In this document: positions 34,413-39,600 of the stretch, one piece after another
How the letters are laid out: each line of letters begins with the position of its first letter
How positions within the stretch are numbered: the first letter of the stretch is position 1
IMG/VR virus record: IMGVR_UViG_2563366930_000006
Coordinates: 1 to 39,600 of that record
Reading direction: 5' to 3' (one strand)
From: a virus
Taxonomy: Duplodnaviria > Heunggongvirae > Uroviricota > Caudoviricetes
Length of the DNA stretch: 39,600 bases
The notes under the pieces: generated by a model
What the model was told of the DNA's origin: nothing
What the model saw: only the letters and a program-made list of their open reading frames with translations
The model's database searches: none
Position numbers and translations under genes: made by a program

Positions 34413-35311
34413 GCAATATCGTTGAATTCGTTAAACAGCAAGAGCAGTTATTCTGCGGAGCATTGACTGAACAGACGGTGACATGGGCTAAGGAAAGCCA
34501 GTTTGCAATTCAGTATTTCCAGAAAAACGATTACCTGGCTAAAACAGCACTGGCAAATCCAACCAGCGCACAGAACGCCATCATCAATGTTGCGGCGATC
34601 GGCATCACCTTAAACCCGGCCAGCAAACTGGCTTATCTGGTTCCTCGCGACGGCATGGTGTGCCTTGATATCAGTTACATGGGATTACTTCATCTTGCGC
34701 AATCGACAGGATCAATTAAGTGGGGGCAATGCAAACTGGTGTACTCAAACGACACCTATGAATCAAATGGCCTTGATTCAGCACCAACCCACAAATACAA
34801 CGCATTTGGTGAGCGAGGCTCTATTGTTGGAGGTTATTGCACGGTTAAAACAGCAGATGGTGACTACCTGACTGAAGAAATGAGTCTGGCAGAAATTAAA
34901 GCTGTGGAAGCAACGAGCAAGGCAAAGAATGGACCGTGGAAAACATTCTGGGAAGAGATGGCGCGTAAAACAATAGTTAAACGCGCCAGCAAATACTGGC
35001 CTAAAGCCCAGCGACTGGATAATGCCATTCACCTGCTTAACGAAGATGAAGGTATGCATCAGGAACCAGTTATGCCGCACAAATCAGAGGAAGATATCCG
35101 CGAAGATGAACGGAAACGCCAGCAGGAAATAATGGATAAAGCACAACTTCTTTGCGATGAAATGGTTCAGGCAGAAAACATGGATGATTTGAAGCGATAT
35201 TTTGCAGAAGCATATCGCCTGACATCTGGAATGAAATTGCAGCAGAACGTACAAGCCATTTACATAGAATGCAAAGCGAAACTGGAGGTTGCCAGTGAGC
35301 AAACTGTATGA
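34409..35311 (+). CDS. recT: RecT-family single-strand annealing recombinase
   Basis: NGPWKTFWEEMARKTIVKRASKYWP matches the RecT signature region. Confidence 0.85.
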   Translation: MSNIVEFVKQQEQLFCGALTEQTVTWAKESQFAIQYFQKNDYLAKTALANPTSAQNAIINVAAIGITLNPASKLAYLVPRDGMVCLDISYMGLLHLAQSTGSIKWGQCKLVYSNDTYESNGLDSAPTHKYNAFGERGSIVGGYCTVKTADGDYLTEEMSLAEIKAVEATSKAKNGPWKTFWEEMARKTIVKRASKYWPKAQRLDNAIHLLNEDEGMHQEPVMPHKSEEDIREDERKRQQEIMDKAQLLCDEMVQAENMDDLKRYFAEAYRLTSGMKLQQNVQAIYIECKAKLEVASEQTV

Positions 35312-35777
35312 AATTGCCAATGAATACGCAAAATTGATGGATTCAGATTTAGAACCAGAGATGATTGCTGACACAATAGAAGGCATGGAAGGAGAATTTA
35401 CCGATAAAATAGAGCAACTTCTTGCCATTATTAAAAATGAATCTGGTTATGCTGAACGCCTCAAGGAAGAGGCAAAGTCACTGAATGAACGAGCAGCAGT
35501 AATTCAAAATAAGATTGATAGCATTATGGCATATATAGCCTCATCGCTTGAAATGGTTGGCAAGAAAAAGATTAGAGCAGGTATTCACCAGGTAACAATC
35601 CGCAAACCGTCAGAAACTGTAGAAATCATCGACTCAAGCGCCCTTCCTCCTGAATACGTTGAGTTTGAAACGACAATTAAAGCCGACAAGTTGGCAATCA
35701 AGCACCAACTAAAAGCAGGAATAAATATCCCAGGCGCTCAACTCAAGGTTGGGAAACCTTCACTTCTTATCAAATAA
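35295..35777 (+). CDS. Gp157-family protein (coiled coil, commonly paired with RecT), GTG start
   Basis: CTGGAGGT RBS before GTG at 35295; SKLYEIANEYAKLM N-terminus typical of the Sipho_Gp157 family. Confidence 0.55.
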   Translation: MSKLYEIANEYAKLMDSDLEPEMIADTIEGMEGEFTDKIEQLLAIIKNESGYAERLKEEAKSLNERAAVIQNKIDSIMAYIASSLEMVGKKKIRAGIHQVTIRKPSETVEIIDSSALPPEYVEFETTIKADKLAIKHQLKAGINIPGAQLKVGKPSLLIK

Positions 35778-35788
35778 CGGTATCGCCT

Positions 35789-36103
35789 ATGAAAAAGACT
35801 CCTTGGGAGAAATGGGAAGTCGATTTCTTGCGCGAAGTAGCGGCAACAATGCCAGTTGAAGTTATCGCTGAAAAACTGGAAAGGACTGAGAAAGCAGTAA
35901 TGGCGAAAGCAACAAGGATTGGCGCGGACATTGTTAGCCGACTTCGAGGAAGACGATGGACAAGAGCCGAAGTATCACTTTTCGGTAAGTTCTCCGCAGA
36001 AGAAATAGCAATTGCAACCTGCCGCTCAATTTATTCAGTAAGAGCTATGCGATACAAGCTAAAAAAACTCGATGAAGAAAGAGCAGGCATACGAATAAAT
36101 TAA
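35789..36103 (+). CDS. Hypothetical protein (104 aa)
   Basis: ORF in operon orientation. Confidence 0.45.
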   Translation: MKKTPWEKWEVDFLREVAATMPVEVIAEKLERTEKAVMAKATRIGADIVSRLRGRRWTRAEVSLFGKFSAEEIAIATCRSIYSVRAMRYKLKKLDEERAGIRIN

Positions 36104-36119
36104 CATGGAATAATTAACA

Positions 36120-36401
36120 ATGAAGCTAAACATCGACCTCGGCAAATACGTTATCACCGGAACCAAACACGATCTGATTCTTAGCGAAAGAGGAATTGTC
36201 AAAGAAGGCGAGAATGCAGGGAAAGAAACACTAAGCCGTATCGGTTATTACAGCAAGTTTGAGCATCTGGTTAAAGAATTATGCAACCGTGAAATCCTGT
36301 TATCTCAGGCGCAGACGCTACAGGATATTCAGCAACATATCGAGAATTTAGGTGTGTCACTTAGCCTGGCTATTGACCAGTTCGTGGAGAGTAAATCATG
36401 A
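36120..36401 (+). CDS. Hypothetical protein (93 aa)
   Basis: ORF in operon orientation. Confidence 0.45.
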   Translation: MKLNIDLGKYVITGTKHDLILSERGIVKEGENAGKETLSRIGYYSKFEHLVKELCNREILLSQAQTLQDIQQHIENLGVSLSLAIDQFVESKS

Positions 36402-36561
36402 GAGGACTTGCATACAATCCCGGCATTCTTCCGGCAGAAATGATTATTCGCCAACGCGTAAAGCCAATGCCATCGAGAGAGGAATTGCTTAAGAGAAATT
36501 CTTTTCCATCAGTGAATAAAAACAAATATCTGAATGCGATGTGGCGCAAAGGAGGCAACCA

Positions 36562-37107
36562 GTGAGTGTAACGGTTGAAAAGATTGATGTGTTGTCATTC
36601 GTTATAACCGGTGCAGAGAGACTAGATCCGGTTCGAGTGATGATTGAAAACTACGAACCTGGAAAGGGAAGAATCACCATCACCTGCTACGGAAAAGCGT
36701 GGACTGCGGCTTGGTTTGCTATGGGCGGTGATGATGTGCAGACGTTCATTAAGCGAGTCAGCAACGACTATCTAATCGACAATTTCGACCCTCAACTGCG
36801 AAGCACGGTCGACGATGACAACGATGCAAATCTGCTTTTCGTGAAGTCAGAAATCATAAAGTTACGAAGAGAGAGAGAAATCGACGCCGTACTGGCTCGC
36901 GAAATGTGGTACGAGGCGGAAAACGCCGATGACGTAAAAGAAAGCTGCTGCTGTTTCGGCGTCGGTAACAAACTACTGAATCTCTTTGGTGATGATCCGT
37001 GGTATGCCAACTGGCCTACAATACCAAACCCGAAATACCAGTATCTGGAACGCGTACTTAATGCAGTGAGAGACGGTCTTAAGCAAATAGAGAAGGTGGA
37101 ACCATGA
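36562..37107 (+). CDS. Hypothetical protein (181 aa), GTG start
   Basis: AAGGAGG RBS before GTG at 36562. Confidence 0.5.
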   Translation: MSVTVEKIDVLSFVITGAERLDPVRVMIENYEPGKGRITITCYGKAWTAAWFAMGGDDVQTFIKRVSNDYLIDNFDPQLRSTVDDDNDANLLFVKSEIIKLRREREIDAVLAREMWYEAENADDVKESCCCFGVGNKLLNLFGDDPWYANWPTIPNPKYQYLERVLNAVRDGLKQIEKVEP

Positions 37108-37403
37108 CTGTATGTCTTATTGATAAACGTCGACGTGGGCAACAAATACCATCTGTTGAAATGCCGAATCACACATGGTTTTGCGTACTTGATATCGATG
37201 GTATGGATACGTTGGTTGACACTCGTCATTACTGCGATACCGCAACAGCTACTCCGGCGAAAGCAAAGAAAATGGCTGCTCTGATAGAAAACTGGACTCC
37301 ACCTGATGGTTGGTGCAATGGGAATGATCGAGATTGGCACGAAAAAATGAAGGGCTATATCTGCGATTTTTTACGTAAATGCAACGGCTTCAGGGTGATG
37401 TGA
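37104..37403 (+). CDS. Hypothetical Cys-containing protein (99 aa)
   Basis: ATG overlaps the upstream stop (ATGA). Confidence 0.45.
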   Translation: MTVCLIDKRRRGQQIPSVEMPNHTWFCVLDIDGMDTLVDTRHYCDTATATPAKAKKMAALIENWTPPDGWCNGNDRDWHEKMKGYICDFLRKCNGFRVM

Positions 37404-37404
37404 T

Positions 37405-37803
37405 ATGACCAAAATTAACTATCAGGCACTGCGTGAGGCGGCAGAACGTGCAATTCCGGCAATGGAACGCCTGTTAATGTTGCCAGTTGATGATGATCTG
37501 ATAAGCGAACAGGAACTTAAAGATTACGGTGTGGATATTGATGCGCTCAACGCCTTCAAATTTCTGGCCGGACCAGAAACCGTGCTGGCACTGCTGGATG
37601 AAATAGAAGCTAAAGACAGACGCATTACAGAACTGGAAGCGAGGGAAGTTCAATTACCGACTCGCTACGACCTTCGATATGGGCACCCAATAAATGCTGA
37701 TAAGCGACATGTCATGATACCTAAAGAAAATGGCAGCTGGCTTTGCCTGATTGACTTAGAACACGCACTACGCGTCGCTGGCATTCGCATCAAAGGAGAG
37801 TGA
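37405..37803 (+). CDS. Ead/Ea22-like protein
   Basis: N-terminal INYQALREAAERA and coiled coil typical of Ea22-like proteins. Confidence 0.55.
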   Translation: MTKINYQALREAAERAIPAMERLLMLPVDDDLISEQELKDYGVDIDALNAFKFLAGPETVLALLDEIEAKDRRITELEAREVQLPTRYDLRYGHPINADKRHVMIPKENGSWLCLIDLEHALRVAGIRIKGE

Positions 37804-37804
37804 G

Positions 37805-37996
37805 ATGAACGGACAAATCTCAATTGTTCGACCGGGAGCATGTGACGATCGCGAGATACGAATGATTATTCGTCTGTCGATGGGGAAAACAATAACGGCT
37901 CTCATTACTCCAGAAAATCTCGCATTAGCATTAACCGGAAAGTCAGACCTGCCAGTAGAGCTAAAGCTGCGAAATGTTGAGATTAAGGTGAAATAG
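37805..37996 (+). CDS. Hypothetical small protein (63 aa)
   Basis: Tightly packed ORF between neighbouring genes. Confidence 0.4.
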   Translation: MNGQISIVRPGACDDREIRMIIRLSMGKTITALITPENLALALTGKSDLPVELKLRNVEIKVK

Positions 37997-37998
37997 CT

Positions 37999-38541
37999 AT
38001 GACCACTATAACCGATAAGAAACAGTATCCCAGCGAGCAATATCTTAATGAGCTGATCACCAACATAGAGTTTGCTGCAAGGGCACCAGTTGAAGTCGTG
38101 AGAGCAATGGCAGCAGAGCTACAGAAGCGGCGCGAAGCTGATAGTGCCGAACCTGCAAGTAATCATGAAGAGTTGCCGCTTGATTATCTCCAAGGTCAAA
38201 AAGATGGTCTTGAATGGGCTGCGCAGCTTGCAGAAGCAAATCACCCACAAACTGGCGACTGGCTTTACGATGACCCGCTGGAGCTGGCTAAAGCTATCAG
38301 AAAAGGTCCTGACATGCCCGAATTCGATGGACCAACTCCGGTAACTCTGGATGGTTGGATAAGCTGTAGTGAGCGAATGCCCGCTCAAGATGATTGGATT
38401 TTAATTTATTCAAAGCACGGCGAGTATATGGCAGGACAGGTACAAGGGGAATACGTGGAGTTGAGCGACGGCACTTTATCGTGGTTAGGGAACGCCTTGT
38501 ACTGGATGCCTCTACCGGAACCGCCGCAGGAGGTTAATTGA
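37999..38541 (+). CDS. Ea22-like / DUF551-domain protein
   Basis: C-terminal DGWISCSERMPAQDDWILIYSK ... YWMPLPEPP resembles the DUF551 domain. Confidence 0.55.
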   Translation: MTTITDKKQYPSEQYLNELITNIEFAARAPVEVVRAMAAELQKRREADSAEPASNHEELPLDYLQGQKDGLEWAAQLAEANHPQTGDWLYDDPLELAKAIRKGPDMPEFDGPTPVTLDGWISCSERMPAQDDWILIYSKHGEYMAGQVQGEYVELSDGTLSWLGNALYWMPLPEPPQEVN

Positions 38542-38825
38542 TGGTCTCCTTCGCGAAATATACGATTATTGACTGGATAGCATTCATTCAGGTTTTGCTC
38601 ATCTGGTTTTATATGGCTTACAGGAGTGGACAGTGGATTGTCAGTGTAGCCTGTAGCAATGGATGGCGTTGGTGGAACCGAAAGAATAAAAAAGCGCTGG
38701 CCTTGGCTTCGTTTTACGAAGCATTCAATCTTAACAGTCTTCAGCCTGGTTCTGTCGTTGTAGTCACCACTCAAAGCGGCATGACGATACAAATTCACAA
38801 GCCAAAGGAGGAAGGTCGTGGCTAA
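38541..38825 (+). CDS. Hypothetical membrane protein (94 aa)
   Basis: N-terminal hydrophobic helix IIDWIAFIQVLLIWFYMAY; ATG overlaps the upstream stop. Confidence 0.45.
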   Translation: MVSFAKYTIIDWIAFIQVLLIWFYMAYRSGQWIVSVACSNGWRWWNRKNKKALALASFYEAFNLNSLQPGSVVVVTTQSGMTIQIHKPKEEGRG

Positions 38826-39102
38826 CCTGCAACTTGCCGTTAAAGGTGAATACTTCGATGCCATGATTCGCGGAGAGAAAACGGAAGAGTATCGCCTGTG
38901 TAATGACTACTGGAATAAGCGAATTATGTTCCGCGAGTATGACCGCCTGATTATCACAAAGGGATATCCGAAGCGCGACGATTCCAGCCGTAGAATTGAT
39001 GTTCCGTATGACGGATATGAAATCAAGACAATCACACATCCGCACTTCGGCGATAAACCGGTAAAGGTGTTCGCGATAAAGGTGAATATCAGCAATGAAT
39101 AA
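38818..39102 (+). CDS. DUF3850/ASCH-like protein, GTG start
   Basis: AAAGGAGGAAGG RBS before GTG; EYFDAMIRGEKTEEYRLCNDYWNKR ... EYDRLIITKGY fits the ASCH-like pattern. Confidence 0.5.
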   Translation: MANLQLAVKGEYFDAMIRGEKTEEYRLCNDYWNKRIMFREYDRLIITKGYPKRDDSSRRIDVPYDGYEIKTITHPHFGDKPVKVFAIKVNISNE

Positions 39103-39174
39103 CAATCCTCGCATTCGCGGGGATTTCTTTTATCTGAACTCGCTACGGCGGGTTTTGTTTTATGGAGATGATAA

Positions 39175-39342
39175 ATGCACTTCCGAGTCACAGGTGAATG
39201 GAATGGAGAACCATTCAACAGAGTTATCGAAGCAGAGAACATCAATGACTGCTATGACCACTGGATGATATGGGCGCAGATAGCACATGCAGACGTAACC
39301 AATATTCGAATTGAAGAACTGAAAGAACACCAAGCCGCCTGA
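39175..39342 (+). CDS. Hypothetical small protein (55 aa); not in the supplied ORF track
   Basis: GGAG RBS 7 nt before ATG at 39175; stop sits in the downstream terminator stem. Confidence 0.35.
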   Translation: MHFRVTGEWNGEPFNRVIEAENINDCYDHWMIWAQIAHADVTNIRIEELKEHQAA

Positions 39343-39356
39343 TGGCGGTTTTTTAT
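39334..39356 (+). terminator. Intrinsic terminator upstream of xis
   Basis: Stem GCCGCC/GGCGGT with loop TGAT then TTTTTTATT. Confidence 0.5.
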
Positions 39357-39399
39357 TGCCTGATTTGCAGGTTCGATTCCCTATTTGGAGATAGCACTC

Positions 39400-39600
39400 A
39401 TGCAACACGAACTACAGCCTGATTCACTGGTTGATTTGAAATTCATCATGGCTGATACTGGCTTTGGTAAAACCTTCATCTATGACCGGATTAAGTCCGG
39501 GGACCTGCCTAAAGCCAAAGTTATCCACGGGCGAGCAAGATGGTTATATCGTGACCATTGTGAATTCAAAAATAAGCTCTTAAGCCGCGCCAATGGGTAA
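39400..39600 (+). CDS. xis: Excisionase (Xis/AlpA-type winged helix)
   Basis: 66 aa; LVDLKFIMADTGFGKTFIYDRIKSGDLPKAKVIHGRARWLYRDHCEF fits the excisionase/AlpA pattern; last gene of the early-left operon; stop at the window edge. Confidence 0.6.
   Translation: MQHELQPDSLVDLKFIMADTGFGKTFIYDRIKSGDLPKAKVIHGRARWLYRDHCEFKNKLLSRANG

Larger units (their letters stand above)
1..39600. mobile_element. P22-like lambdoid prophage or phage genome segment, from tailspike to xis; integrase and att sites not in window
   Basis: Contiguous phage modules in canonical order with recognisable c2, cro, Q, RusA, NinB, terminase, portal, coat, gp10, gp26 and tailspike products. Confidence 0.9.

Noticed and set aside
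39095-39268. Alternative 57-codon ORF starting at 39095 and overlapping the 39175-39342 ORF in another frame
   Set aside because: No Shine-Dalgarno sequence upstream, whereas the 39175 start has GGAG at good spacing; only one of the two is likely real and neither has recognisable homology.
1-39600. tRNA genes, CRISPR arrays, integrase and attachment sites, insertion sequences
   Set aside because: No cloverleaf-like candidates, repeat-spacer arrays, integrase/transposase ORFs or inverted terminal repeats were seen by eye; the integrase and att site presumably lie beyond xis, outside the window.

Overview
The window is almost entirely one temperate lambdoid phage or prophage of the P22-like type from an enterobacterium, running from the tailspike gene at the left edge to xis at the right edge; no integrase or attachment site lies inside it. 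Read from right to left it carries xis, an early-left operon (RecT recombinase, Kil-like, CIII-like, Ea10-like and Ea22-like genes), sieB, an N-like antiterminator, the immC region (c2 repressor, operators, cro, cII-like), replication genes with internal origin repeats, a lambda-type nin region and Q antiterminator, a pinholin-type lysis cassette, a P22/Sf6-type packaging and virion module, an immI-like mnt-arc-ant region and the tailspike. Product names come from protein motifs and sequence similarity recalled from memory, not from a database search. The regions most worth a second look are: (1) two homologous cis-antisense RNA candidates, one over each antirepressor gene start; (2) an accessory cluster between the gene 16-like ejection gene and arc, where P22 carries sieA; (3) a DUF2829 (Tad2-like) protein and a YkgJ-type cysteine-cluster protein between the lysis cassette and the small terminase gene; and (4) an HNH-AP2 endonuclease gene 13 bp from the tailspike start.
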